Positions 41,543 through 55,918 are shown, counted from the stretch's first letter. The stretch: 64,000 nt of DNA from Chrysomallon squamiferum (GCA_012295275.1 CM022679.1:30256001-30320000); one strand, 5' to 3'. The notes: generated by a model not told the origin, from the sequence alone. Made by a program: numbers and translations.

Positions 41543-44500
41543 GCACATATTCACATACTCACATGCTCACTTACTCACATGTTCTCACATGCATTCTCTA
41601 TAAAATTGTTTTAAATTTCAGTGGAAGAGTATTCAGTCCAGCTGATTATACATGCAGCATACTCAAAACAAAATCGATACTTTCTGTTACTAGAATTCTC
41701 AGCTGATTTGGTTTAGCTACATCTAAGATAATCTCAGATAGAATGATTAAAAATTACTAAAGTATTTACTGATATAATGATCTCAATAGCTGCATGAGGA
41801 ATTTCCCAATATGGAAAGTTCCCAGAAAATGATTTGTACTTTCCTGTTTAAGTTCTTATAAAATTGTCTTAGTATTAAAACAAAATACTAGTAAAATGAA
41901 ATAAATAAATAACAAAAAAAAAAAAAAAAATAAAAAATATGTGGGTGTGTATAACAACAATAATAATACTAATTATTATAATAAAGTCAGATAAATATAT
42001 AAATAAAAAATATAATAAAAAAAAATAAATTAATAAACAAACAATTAAAAATAATTAAAATAATTAAAAATAATTAAAATAATTAAATGATGAAAAATAA
42101 AAGAAAAGTGCTAGTGAAGACAAAGATGGGGATGATTTCTAGATGTTTTAGCAACAAACTGTTGATAGGAAGTCAGTTTATTCTCTGAATTTTGATAAAT
42201 ATTTGAGTCTTCTTTTATTAAATAATATTATTTTTTTCATCAGATATGAATAACTTGCTAATTACCGGAAAGAATAATAAAATAATAAAAACAGAAGAAT
42301 TAAACAAAAGGATTAAAACCAACTGATTAATTAAAATGTAAAAAAATAATAATAAACGACAAATAAATATTAAAACACCTCCACAAAAAAAAGAAAAGAA
42401 AAAAAAAACCCTATCAAACTGAGCAAACAAGCAAATAATAATAAAAAAACAACAAAAAAACCCAACTATAACCCAAAACAATAATGAACAAAAACAAACA
42501 AAACAAAAATATTGATGTTTCCTTGATCTTTGGTTAACACCATTATGGATTCTTAATTTATTTTTCATGTAGAATTATAGAGTTACTCACTTTAATTAAT
42601 AATGATCTATTCTTTTTTTTTTTTTAATTAAGTAAACAAAAATAAAAAATAGAAAAAAAAAGAAAGAAACAAAATTGAAAAATCTAAATTATTGTCTCTT
42701 GATGTTTCATCGATGTTTAGTTGGGTTTAATCTTGTAATTTGTTTAGTGTGGTTTCTCATTTACAAGAATCATTGTCTTTAATTGATTGGTTTTGTTGCT
42801 AATGTCTGTTCAGGTCATTCCAACCAAACCAGACATTTGGCCATCGCTGGAAACACAATTTATACATTCTCCAATCCAGCACTGTTTCCACCTTTTGCCA
42901 ATCGATACTGCCAGTAGTGATCCAGTTGCCGTGGAAACCAGCTGACTCATTAATTCTTGCCCAATATGGTATTGTCATGTGGCGATGATGATGATGGTGG
43001 TTTTTTTGATGATGGTGATGATGGGGTTCTCGTGTTTCCAGTGATATTTATAAGTCATGTCATGATGTTTTTGTTTGACCTTGGTGACCTTGAGGTTGTT
43101 GGGTTATCAGGGTAGTGTGTGAATTGCGTGGCGAAGTCACCAGTTTCTTCGTCACGTGTTACTGCAGCATGCCTTAGAGCTGTCTAGTTCTGCTGACACA
43201 TACCACAGACTGTTTTGATTAATACAAACTGTTGATTTATTTTATTTCATTAATATGAATATCATTGTTACATATAATAAAAGGTATCGAATTTGAATGA
43301 TGCAAACTACAGATTATTTTAATTAGTACATACTGTTTTTTTTATTATTATTATTATTATTTAGAATTTGTTTTTTTATTATATATAATTATTTTATTGT
43401 AGTTTCTGTTTTAATTAATAGAAAGTGTAGAATATTTTAATTACAGCATAGTGTGTTTTTAAATTTATTTAATTACAAATTTTATTACTTACCATACCTA
43501 TCTAATTTAATTAATACAAATTATAACATTTCTATTAATACTTATTCATATAATTATCTGATTTAATTAACAAAAATTATAACATTTCTATTAATACTTA
43601 TTCAATTATCTGATTTAATTAATAAAAATAATAATATATTTTAGATAATAAAATATTGTTTTATTATCTAATACACACCCCTGCACAGGATAATTCATTT
43701 GATACATACTGCTATATTTTAATCAGTTTTAAGGTAACATGTTTTTAGTTATTACATACTCTGGTGGTCTCTATCTGATGTTTGTATTGCATGACAAAAA
43801 AACTCTCTCTTTGCAGAATTTAATTAAGAAAAATCCATTCTGAGAGAAACGAGATCAGATAATATCAGAACACAAAGGCATCATGTTCCTCTGATGTTCT
43901 CTTTTGTGATATGATTGAGTAATCTACTTTATTAACCGAGAGGAAGGGCTCAAGACTGGGGTCTTCTCATCTCAGATAAATAAGAAATTTGTGTGGATCA
44001 TGTAGCGACATGATTCTGATAAGATAGATACGTACGTAAGTGAAAGAATGGTCTAAAATGACAGCATTGCTTTAAGTTTGATGCATGCATAGACACATAC
44101 ACATACACACACCCACTCAGAGAAAGACAATGCACTTTTAAAATCACCTGTTTTTGTCAATTATTGGAAAAGTGAATCATGTTTTTGAAATGACTCACTG
44201 ATGTAGTTTGTGATTGGAACATCTCAAGTTGGTATTGATTTGTAGGAAAATCTGCCAGGTCACCATAGTCTGGCTCACACTGAAATAGAGCAAGATGAAG
44301 GTATACGGAAGACATAAAACTCGTTAATGTATGTATAGAAATGTGAGGCACTGAAATATTTAGTTTATTACATAATCAATGTTTTCATGGTAATAGCATT
44401 AATTAGATCTGAGTTCCTGTTGTTGCTAGAGCTGTATCCATGTCCCACCCATCACTGACCAGGTAGACTCTCAGCCACACATGCATCCCTCCCACATGCA

Positions 44501-44551
44501 CACACAGACACATCACCACACCCATCCAAACACAAGCACATACACATACAT

Positions 44552-44585
<34 letters not shown>

Positions 44586-44862
44586 ACATTTCTGCACATA
44601 CTCTCTGAGAGATGATTTAGACAATGTAAGATTCTGAAACTTTTTATAATTATTTTAATCAGTAAAAGAAAAAATATGCCTTCCCCATTCCCAAAAGCCC
44701 TCCTGCCCCCTCCCCTCCCCAACCCACCAACAAAACAATGACAAAAAAAAACCTTCAAGCAAATAATTCATGTTACAACATAATTACATCCCTTAACCAT
44801 TACCTCTCCAGCTTGAAAGAGACAAAGACAACTGTTACAACCTTTGACCTACAGTGCTCTTT

Positions 44863-44897
<35 letters not shown>

Positions 44898-44909
44898 AAA
44901 CAATCCCTC

Positions 44910-45521
44910 TTAACTGGCGTTAAATTGTGAGAACAAAGTCGGAGAATGAACAGTTGGGTTTCGCCCGTTTTTATGATAATTTAATAATTAGCGTCTGCTG
45001 GCGATCAATAACCCGATCAATACACCCAGCTGCACGAAGCTTCGGGAACAGAATCTCCACATTAGCAACAACAGTAATATCTCTCACACACCGCATTATC
45101 CTGAAAACAAAACAACAACAGCAGCAGCAGCAGCAACAGCAGCAACACAGCCCTGTTTATGATAAATTATCAAACCAATAAACAGCCGGAAATAAATAAA
45201 TAAAAATTAATAATTTAAAAAATTCCCAGTTGAGTAGAGATATTTTAATAAACGTGGAGGTGTGGGTTGTGTTGTTGTTGTTGTTAGCGTTTCGGAATTG
45301 CAGCCACTTGTTTCTGTACGGTTATGCGGCAGCCGAGCGGCATTCATACTTTATTAATGAGTACTTGTTAGACTGGATGTGGCAGCCAATCAGAGGTGGC
45401 CTCTCTCGCGGAGACGATCGTCAAGGGGTCTCTCCTGCATTTTTTTGAGACACGATGCTAACCTGACGCCAGAAAGGGTTTCCACACTAACTTGCTCTTT
45501 TTGAGCATCCAAGGAGGCAGG
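44910..45521 (+). promoter_or_regulatory. CpG-enriched promoter/5'UTR with a CCAAT box (45386-45390)
   Basis: CpG-dense block; cagCCAATcag fits the NF-Y consensus, about 135 nt upstream of an ATG|gtaaga donor. Confidence 0.6.
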
Positions 45522-45524
45522 ATG
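45522..45524 (+). CDS. Ank2: ankyrin candidate alternative first exon E contributing only the initiator Met
   Basis: ggcaggATG|gtaaga: good start context, strong donor, phase 0. Confidence 0.6.
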
Positions 45525-48252
45525 GTAAGATTTGCTTTGTTTCTGTCATTTTCGTGTCTTTGTTGTTGTCGGTAGATTTGATGGTTAATCGTTGTCGGCA
45601 GTTAAAGGAAATTGATTTTCACCAGCTCTGAATTGTGTGTGGTGTGATGGCGTTTTTCATGTTCTGTTAACATGGCTACCGTACCGAAGGACGGTGACAT
45701 TGGTTGACCTACATAAGCTAGTGTAACCGGTGGTTATGTTTGTAATTGCTGTTAATGTGTGTGGTGGTTACATGTTTAAAGTGTGGTTATTTATTGTAGC
45801 TAATGGTTACAGTAGGCGGTTATATTTGGTGTACAGTTTCTATGACTGATGTATGGATTTTGTAATAACAAACTTATAAAATTACTCAATCAGTGGTTAC
45901 TGTATGGTGGTTACATGTTGCTGTGTACCTGCATGTGGTTACAATATAATGTTAATATTTCAAACTGTAAATATAAGTGAGTGTAATTGTTTAAAGTTGC
46001 TCTGGTTTATGTAGTTTCTCTAAAATCAGACTTAATATTGTATACAGATACTAGTTATTCTCTTTGGTTATATATTTCAGTGTATGGTTACAGCATGTTA
46101 GATTTCATGCTATATGTACAGACATACAGACTTAAAGTTATTGTTTATAAATGTTGGTTACAGATTAATCTGGTTACATTTAATAGTATCTGGTTATTGA
46201 TTAGGCTTCAGACTGGGGTTACAAACTCCACTAAATGGTTACTGGTTACAGTATGTGGTTACTGGTATGCAGTTACGAAATACTAGATATTTGTCCTGGA
46301 AATTTGAGTTAAATTGACAGATTGGATCTGAGGTTTTTATTTCTCAGTTGTGATGATAATGTGATTATATGAGATGAATGTAACTTTGTTATCACAATGT
46401 TACTTGATAAATGTTAGAAATTACCTCTTTTATCTTCAAATTTCATTTTGTATTGTTTCTTCTATCTGCCATTTTTTCTTTTACTCTATCTGTTTCTAGA
46501 TTAATATATATCATTACATGTGTTGTATGTGTGTATAGTGTTGTATGCATGTGTGTGATCCTGTAACTTTATACTATATAATTGTTAATAATACATGTAA
46601 TAATATCAGCAGGTACACTTTAACAGTGGTGAGCTTGTTTTTAATGTAATGTTAGTAGTAATGAAATAGCAATATGCTTTTCTAAATGTCACATTAATAA
46701 ACCATTAAGTCCTATTACCACTCACAGTAAATGGATGTCACTGCCTAAAGAATCTTAAAACATTTTCACATATCAAATATAAATGTATTAAAAAAAACAT
46801 CATAAAAATTAATATTAATCTTGCAGTTCATTTTTTGTCAGTATCTTTCAACTTTTGATTTCAGATACTTTATAAATTTGTTAGTATTAAGCTCAATGTT
46901 TTGGATTACATGTAGACGATTCTTTCGACCTTTCCATATATTAAATCAAACATAAAATTTCTTGAGAGGCAAATTTCATCATTTTGCTAATTTTTAAATA
47001 AAGGATTATCATACTGTATATTTTACTAAAGCTGCCTTTTATCATGATTTGAACCGAAACCCCAAGTGGTAACCTTAGAGCAGATAACTCTCTGTGAGTT
47101 TGTTAGCTGAGATAAGCCACATGGAGACATGACATATGACTCATAATTCTAGAAAATTAGATCAATTTTTGTAAGACCTGTCAGTACCAAGATTTGAACT
47201 CAGAACGTACGAGTCATAATAATTCTTCTGTTGTTAACGAACCCATCTTTAGGAGACATCTTTCCTCAGATTTGAAAACAAAAAACCTGTGATTCATAAT
47301 TTAATAACTGAATCACTGTAACTTAATTCCTGTGCTGCTAAAGAACCATTTTGTTTGAGATGTCCTTCCCAAGATCTGAATCACAGATTGTTAACCAATT
47401 CCATTGTAGTTGCATCTCATTGTACCTGTGGAGCTGAGGTATCATTTATTGATTTACCTGGCAGTTGTATCAGTTATTACCTGTGCGCTGACTCACCTGC
47501 AAATCCCAGGCAACCAGTGCAAACCAAAATTAACTAAATCCATAGCTGACTAAACACAGGAAATGGAGTTTTTCTTAGCAGCAACTATTGACAGTGCTTA
47601 GAAGGAAAGAGGGAAATAATTACTTGTTTTATAATATGTTTCTGCATTAAACATGAACAAATAATTAATTGTTTTACAACTCATTTCACTGTTAATTGTT
47701 TGTTAGGTTTTAAATGTTAATAAATGTAGCCAGACTATTTCAGTATTGACTGTAATTAGGTTTCAAACAAATAAATAACTCAAATCGTTTCAGTGTAATT
47801 AGGTTTTGAGTTCTATGAATAAATGTTTGTTTTACAACCCCTTATAACAGCATTACCTGTGATTAGGTTTTAAACTTGAATAAATATTTATTTGTTTTGC
47901 AGTATCCCATTTTAATAGTTATTACGTTTTAAAAATAAATAAATAATTATTTTTACAGCACTGCATTTTGGTGTTTTCTTTTATTTCAATTTAATATGAA
48001 AACGAAAATAGTTTTTGCAAGTTTAATGCATTTTTGAATGTAAAATGAGTATAATATCTGTTTTTACAGTTATTTTATTATTAATAGTTAATGTGTAAAA
48101 AATGTGCAAAATCATCTCAGCAGATGTTAGGTTTTAAATGTGGATTTTTTTTTTTTTAACACACTGTAAACATAAATGCATGAGAGAGACAAAAATATCT
48201 ATGGTTTTTATAAATTCTTCTGATCTGTTTTAATTTCCTCCATTTTGATGTG

Positions 48253-48335
<83 letters not shown>

Positions 48336-49709
48336 AAAACAGCAGCAAGAACTGCTATTAATATTTAATGTGATATCCACATCAGGCTATGATCCACCAT
48401 CCTGCCATAGATACTTTCTATCTTTGGTCCTCTGGGTGCAGGCTGCCATAGACGCAATCTCATTAATATAGCTCTTTATTGATTTCAGACATTAGACGTC
48501 TCAATCAAACATGTTACCCTCTTGCTTTCCGATTATGATAGAACAAATTATGGATTTGTCTGCATCATTATACTATCTTTTGTTATCATGAATAGATAAG
48601 AAAAGAGATAAACGAGAAAATTAAAGAAAAAAAAAATTAATGAATGTATTTAATTTTAGAGTGAAGGAAAGATTGTGGAAATTGGTAATAATGGGATACA
48701 TTTTAATTTTAATTTTTACATTTTGATAGTGATTAAATAAAATTATTTCCCTTGTTGGAATTCTTGTATTAACATATTCTTTCTATTTTTTTCTTCTTCT
48801 TCTTCTTCTTGTTATTTATATTATTATTATTATCATCTCTGTTAGATTAGATATTGACAAGTTAATTCATTTATGAGTTCTTTTTGAAAGGACAAAATTT
48901 AATTTTAATTCAAGAATTGCAAATTTAAAAAAGAAAAAATGAAATTGGTTACAAATTACTTTTTCTTTTGAAACTCTTATTCAAAGATGACATTTTTTCT
49001 TTTTTTTTTCTTTTCTTTTTCTTTTTTTTTTTTTTTTTTTGGCAATTGTAATTTTCAACAGTTAGTAATGGCTTTTAAAATAATTTAATTTACATTTTAT
49101 TTTTTCCTTTTGCAGGTCTTTTTTGAAGAAGATAAATTTTTATAATTACATTTTAAATTTTATTACTTTTTTTTTTGTATAAAATAAATAAATATATAAA
49201 TCATACTGTTCATGATTATTACAACTGATTGTATTTTTAATAGCAGTTATAATACCTAAGGTTCAAGCATGTTTTTCTGGAAATGAATATATTTACTCTG
49301 TTTGGACTGAATGTTACTTGGTTACCTGATTACAGGGAAGATAATTGTTATGTTGACAGCTTGCAATATGGCTGCCATCTGTTATCCTATGATTGTGTTC
49401 ATTTGTTCCCATTGTATACATCAGTATGCATAATTCACAAAACAATTATATATGCAACAGCGAATACTGTATTCTGAGTTTTTAATCGAAATAAAAAAAA
49501 TTAGTAAAGTATTAGACCAGATTTCAGATAATATCAATTTTTTTTTTTTTTTTAATGACAGATTTATACATTATTACTATTATTATATATTATTGTTGTT
49601 TATATCATTATTATTATGATGATGTCAAAACAAGAAGAAATAAAATAAAATAATAATTGAAAAAATACATATATATTAAATAAACAAAAATATAAGAATA
49701 ACACACACA

Positions 49710-49754
<45 letters not shown>

Positions 49755-50425
49755 ATATATATATCATACAAACATATATTTCACACACACGATATTTGTT
49801 TCTGGGGTTATCAGCTCAAGTCAGATGTGCAGCTAACTTGGTCACTTGGCAGAGAGAGATCTGGTGAAGGCATGTTGTTGTTGTTGTTGTGTGTCGGCTG
49901 GGTATCACTTCCCAGACACTATCTGCTACTATTTTTACCAACATCAGCAGCAGCAGACACTGTAGATTTCATCTACTTCCCAAACCTATAATTTGCTGGA
50001 ACTGGCCATGTTATAATCGGGGTAAACCAGCCTATGGGGGGGTGTGTGTGTGGAAATGGTGGCATATAACGTTATTATTCTGGGAACCTAGAAGAACGTG
50101 GAATACAGTGGTATATATCTGCTGCTTCGTGGAATCTTCAATTTACTGGAATTGGCCATGTTGTGATAAAGGGAACACAGGTTATGGGGAACGAGTTTTA
50201 TACACAAACTGGAAAGAGATGATGGGTTTTTTTTTTTGTTTTGTTTTTTTTTTTTTTTTTTTTCGTTAATTGGTCTGTGATGAAAATGGTGTTTCTAATG
50301 ATGAGTGCTGCATACCTGGATCTACTACAGTGAAGATTAAGTTGTTTATTTGTTTCACTTTGTGGAGCTAGGTTGTTGTTTTGTTTTTGATTGGTTTCTG
50401 TTTGTGGTATATATTTATCACTGCA

Positions 50426-50449
50426 ATGCTGAAGAAGTGGATTTCATGG
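50426..50449 (+). CDS. Ank2: ankyrin candidate alternative first coding exon F (MLKKWISW)
   Basis: gcaATG, 8 codons, tgg|gtaagc donor, phase 0, 1.7 kb upstream of exon 2. Confidence 0.5.
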
Positions 50450-51672
50450 GTAAGCTATTTAAAAAAAAAAAAAAAAAAAAAGGAAAATTTTTAAAAAAAG
50501 AAATAGTGTGAATCATTTGTAACTGATGTGTTATTAATGATGTTTTTCTCAAATTACTTAATGACTTTTGCATTCTTAGGTGTGTGTATGTGTTAGTATG
50601 TACTTAGTTTTAGGTGTGCATGCAAAACATTACAAAACACAGATACACGTGTGTGTGTGTGTGTATGTAAATGTATACTTACTCTCTTTCTCTGTACCAT
50701 ACCCCAATTCTACTTTTTTTAACATATTTTATTTATTTATTAAAACATTAAAACAAAAAACAAAAAAAAAAAAAAAAAATGTATTGTCTTGAAACATTAA
50801 TTAGAGTTCATTTTTCTTTCTTTCATTTTTATCCTTTTTTTTCATTCAGTCAGTTTCTTTTTCTTCCTTTTTTTTTTTCTCTTCTTTTTTGGCAAGGAAG
50901 AAAGTTTGGCTCATTTCAACTGGAATTAATTACTTTGTATGTGTACATTTAGTGTTTTTTTTTCTTCTGTTGAATGTGTCAGATTTCCTAATTATTTATA
51001 AATCATAATATATGAACAGATTTTTTTTTTTGTATTTTTTTTGTGTGTTTTTCAAAAGATTTAAAAATATATTTTGTGGTTCTGTTGTTACATTCATGCA
51101 GATTGTTTCTACATACTTAGACTGAGCTGGCATGTATGTGCCTGGCGTACATTTTTGTTTTTTTTCTTCTTTTGTGTTCTTTAAGCTATGAAACACTGAA
51201 GGTTATTTTTGTATTTCTGTCTTCTTGGAAAACTATTCCACTGAGTACTCCTGGATTTTCAGTCCATAGCCATGTTTTCTGTTGTATATTTTTCGTTTTC
51301 TTTTAAAAATGGGAAGTTTATGAGAGTAATATAGCAGTTTTTAATATGGTGGATATTTATTCTGGGTTTTCAAGGACATTGTGGAATTTCTGTAACAACT
51401 GTCTGAAGTATTATGCCTTGGAGAAAGGTTGGTTGATTTTTGGCAGGGTTATTATGCAGCAAATGTCAGTTAATGAATAACAAATGCACTGATTGGTAAC
51501 ATGAACTGTTGAAATATGTTGTTGAAAATTGAGGAATAGAGAGTGTAAAAGGTAGTAAATTAAGGAATACTTTAAAATGATTATATACTCAAAGCAGTTG
51601 TAAATCAAGGAATGCAGTTTTCTTAGAGTGAATAGCTACAATATGCGGTTGTAAATTTAATGTTTTTGTATG

Positions 51673-52123
51673 GATTTGTGTTTGTATTTCAGTGTTTAAA
51701 AATGTTTTTCTAAAGAGTTGTGTTTGTTTTTCAATGTTTAAAACTGTGTTTTTCTAAAGAGTTGTGTTTGTATTTCAGTGTTTAAAACTGTGTTTTTCTA
51801 AAGATTTGTGTTTGTTTTTCAATGTTTAAAACTGTGTTTTTCTAAAGAGTTGTGTTTGTATTTCAGTGTTTAAAACTGTGTTTTTCTAAAGATTTGTGTT
51901 TGTTTTTCAGAGTTTAAAACTGTGTTTTTCTAAAGATTTGTGTTTGTTTTTCAGAGTTTAAAACTGTTTTTCTAAAGATTTGTGTTTTTCAGTGTTTAAA
52001 ACTGTGTTTTTCTAAAGATTTGTGTTTGTTTTTCAGAGTTTAAAACTGTGTTTTTCTAAAGATTTGTTTTTTTCAGTGTTTAAAACTGTGTTTTTCTAAA
52101 GATTTGTGTTTGTTTTTCAGAGT
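51673..52123 (+). repeat. 44-bp minisatellite (gatttgtgtttgtttttcagagtttaaaactgtgtttttctaaa), about 10.5 copies, ending in the exon-2 acceptor
   Basis: Directly visible tandem units. Confidence 0.93.
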
Positions 52124-52222
52124 GACGGTAATGCTGGGTTTCTGAGGGCTGCCAGGGATGGTAACCTAACAGAAGTTTTAGAATACCTCAAAGGAAGTAC
52201 AGACATCAACACCAGCAACCCA
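52121..52222 (+). CDS. Ank2: ankyrin constant exon 2 ([34 protein letters not shown])
   Basis: tttttcag / gtaagt, 102 nt. The FLRAAR.GNL..V motif is diagnostic of ANK repeat 1 of canonical ankyrins. Confidence 0.97.
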
Positions 52223-52284
52223 GTAAGTCTGGCTACAACTTCGTTGTTCATGTTGTTTTCATTGTTATCATTATTATTATTATT

Positions 52285-52345
<61 letters not shown>

Positions 52346-52379
52346 TGTTATTATTCTGTTATTATTTTTATTGTTGTGG

Positions 52380-52414
<35 letters not shown>

Positions 52415-53061
52415 AATGTTATCAGAGAAATCATTTTAATCTTTGAGGAAGCTTTGAGGATGTGTTCTTTAATTATAATTTTATTTATTTATTTATTTAT
52501 TTTTATTTATTTATTTTTATTTATTTTTTGTTAAAGTACTGATGGAAAATCCTTATCCCTGTTTTATTACTATAATTTTTTTTTTTTTTTTTGTATAAAT
52601 TACTAAGCTATGATAAAATGGGCAGATCCGTGTTGTGAAAGTTTAGACAAGGTTGTTTGAAAAGGTCAAATTTTTATTTCCGTTTTGGCAAATGGGAAAA
52701 GTCAGATAGTATTATGAAAACGAGATACAGATGTCCTTCATTTACAACTAGGTAATAGAAAATATCTTTGAAAATAAAGGTGTTTTCATTGAACCTGTTA
52801 TACACACAGACAGACAGACAGAGAAACATGTACATAAAAATTACAGATATGGCAAAAGTAACAATTTAGGATAAAAATAGTGTTACTGTGCAGGTTGGTG
52901 GGTACACGATCATGTTGAACAAAACATGCCATGGCTCACCTACTTTGATAGTGTTCATACAAAACACCTGCAATCACTTGTGCATGAACACACATGCACA
53001 CACACATGCAAACACATATTTAAATACAATTTCAGACATAGTTGAACATATACACCTAAAA

Positions 53062-53111
<50 letters not shown>

Positions 53112-53350
53112 GTATACTTCTGTATAGTTGTTTGAATAAAATGTAATTTGTACACAAACATGTTACTGTTCTAATCATCATTTCATCATCATTATCATCA
53201 TGATGATTATTTATATAATGTATTTATCAGAATTGTATGAGTTTGAAGAACATTTTTTTTTTTTGATCATTAGCAGTAGCATTGTGTATTATCATGTGTG
53301 TATTGTCTAACACGTTACTATGGTTACACTGTTTTTTTTTTTTTTTTCAG

Positions 53351-53449
53351 AATGGCCTGAATGCTTTACACTTAGCATCAAAAGAAGGCCACATCAACAT
53401 CGTCACAGAGCTGCTGAAACGTGGGGCCAACGTTGAAGCAGCTACTAAG
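53351..53449 (+). CDS. Ank2: ankyrin exon 3 ([33 protein letters not shown])
   Basis: 99-nt phase-0 exon, ttttcag / gtcagt; canonical ankyrin repeat. Confidence 0.97.
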
Positions 53450-55006
53450 GTCAGTCATCTTCATTGGTGGTGTGATGTTGTCCATGTACCAATTTTCAAT
53501 ATGTGTATACATGCAGATAAGTCCTTTAGAGAGTGAGAAACAGAGAGAGAGAAAAAGTGTTTTTGTGTGTGTGTGTGTGTGCATGTGTGTCTGACTATTT
53601 ATGTGTGTGAGTATGCATGTGTATGTGTCAGTGTGGGTATATGAATGTGTGTGTCTGTGCATGCATGCTTCAGAATGTGTTTGATCATGCTTGAGTTTGT
53701 GAGTTTGTATCTGAAATCTTGAGTATGCCAGCTTATTTGATTAAATGTATGTGTGCTGGTGTATATTGATTACTCATTCCTTTTAATTCTGTCTTAGTTA
53801 CAGATTACCTTTTTAGCCTGTTGTTTTCTTTATTTTATTTTCTCACTGTTTTGAAAAGGACTAACCAGAAGCCCTGATGTTTGTTTGTTTTGCTTGGTTT
53901 GGCTGTTAACGCTGTGGTTAGGTTAGAGAGATGTGTGCTTCCCCTGCTGCTGCTGCTGCTGCTGTTGTTGATGTTTGTATCACTTACACTGATTAGAGCT
54001 GCTGCCTGAAAGCATGTACCTGTTCCCAGGTTAACACATTACATGATTTCTAGCAGACACCTTGTAAGAAATAACACAGAAATGAATTGAAAAAATAAAA
54101 CATTAAAAAAATGTGAGGAAAGTTGGCTGGTTTTTTCTTTCTGACTTTCTGTCATAATTTTTTCAGTTTTTTTTTTTTAATCCTTTTACTTGTCATATAT
54201 TTAACTTTCTTTTTTATCTTCAACATGTCTTGACTTTTTTTTGTGTCTGTTTCTTGTTTTTCTTTCTGTTTTTCTCTTTCATTCATTCTTGGCATTGATT
54301 TGCTTTTCTCTGAAATTCTCTTTAACTCATTCTGTCTGTGTCTGCTTTTCTGTCATTTTTCACTTTCTCTATCACACTTTTAATACTCAATACTCTCTTT
54401 CTCTTTATTCTTTTTTCTCTTTTATCTTGCTTTCTCCTTTCTCTTTGTTCTTTCTCAGTTTCTTCTTTTTTTTCACTCACTCTTCTCTCTGTCTGTCTCA
54501 CTCCTTTTCTCCCAACTTTTCCCTCTCCTCATCTCTCATTCTTCTCTCCTTACTTCCCTCTCTCCCTCTTCCTGTCTCCCTCTCTTTCCCATACTCTTAC
54601 CCCGTCCTGTAGTTACATGTCTGTCTGTCTGTTACTTGTATCCCTACTTGTAAATGAATCTGCTGCTTGTCATATCTCCTTCAGACAGCTTGTAGTCTGA
54701 GCTGTAGCCACTGAAGATAAAATAAAAACAGTTTTAGGTTGAATTAGCTGTCTTATCTAATTTACTATCTCTGTGCCAGTTCTGTTTCTGTCTCATTTTC
54801 TCTCTTTCACTGCTTAACGTTTATATCTTTCTCTTTTTGTTTTCTCTGTAATGTTTGTTTCTTTATTTACTTCTCCCTTTCTTTCATCTGTATTCTGTCT
54901 TTCTTTTTCCAAGTTACTTTTATTTGCTTGTTTGCCTGCCTGCCTGTATGTCTTTCTGTCTGTATCTACTTACCTACCTATCTATGCCATCTTTTCGATT
55001 GATCTA

Positions 55007-55055
<49 letters not shown>

Positions 55056-55546
55056 TTAAGTCAATCAATCTGTCTGTCTTCTGTATGCCTATCTGTCTGT
55101 CTATGTTTCTCTTTCTTTATTATTATTAGGCTGTATATTGCAAGTTATGGAGATAGAACTTTATACTGACACTTTAAAATCAGCATAAAGTGAATTATTA
55201 TTAATGATTACGTTACACATACATGCATGCACGTGATTATAATCACATGAAAATAGCATTCATCTGGATTAATCTGCAAGCTAGTGGCAGTAATCGGGAA
55301 AAACAACACCTTTGAGAACATGTGTTTTTCATTATCTTTTAACTGTGAGATAAACACACACACAAAAACATATCAGTAGCCTCCCAGTTTCTCTGTTACC
55401 TAACGGCTAGCTGTTGATGGTGTATGATGTATGTGGAGTGATGTGAAGTAAATAACAGTGTGTGAGAAACAAAACAGAGGAGATAGAGATCTATGCAGTA
55501 TCGTTACATCAGTTTGTGCTTGAGAGAATATGATAGAAACAGAAAT

Positions 55547-55599
<53 letters not shown>

Positions 55600-55642
55600 T
55601 ATATAAGAGAAAGAAAGAATACATGAGAGATAGATAGTGATC

Positions 55643-55732
<90 letters not shown>

Positions 55733-55877
55733 AACCTCTGTGAGGCACAATCATTTATCAAACCTAGATAAACACAATTACTTACATTTCAGTTAAAAAC
55801 ACTGAAAACACCTTTCTTTTCACCCACACCTCATGTATATCTGTTTACACAACATACCTCCTGCACACACACACATG

Positions 55878-55918
<41 letters not shown>

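Noticed and set aside
40416-41706. Overlapping ORFs of up to 219 aa with repeated peptides
   Set aside because: By-product of the 118-bp tandem repeat; the unit length is not a multiple of three.
49095-49121. Recursive-splice-like pyrimidine tract + CAG|GT (also 20789 and 62026)
   Set aside because: The regenerated donors (gtcttt, gtctgg, gtagat) are weak, and such sites are expected by chance in T-rich introns.
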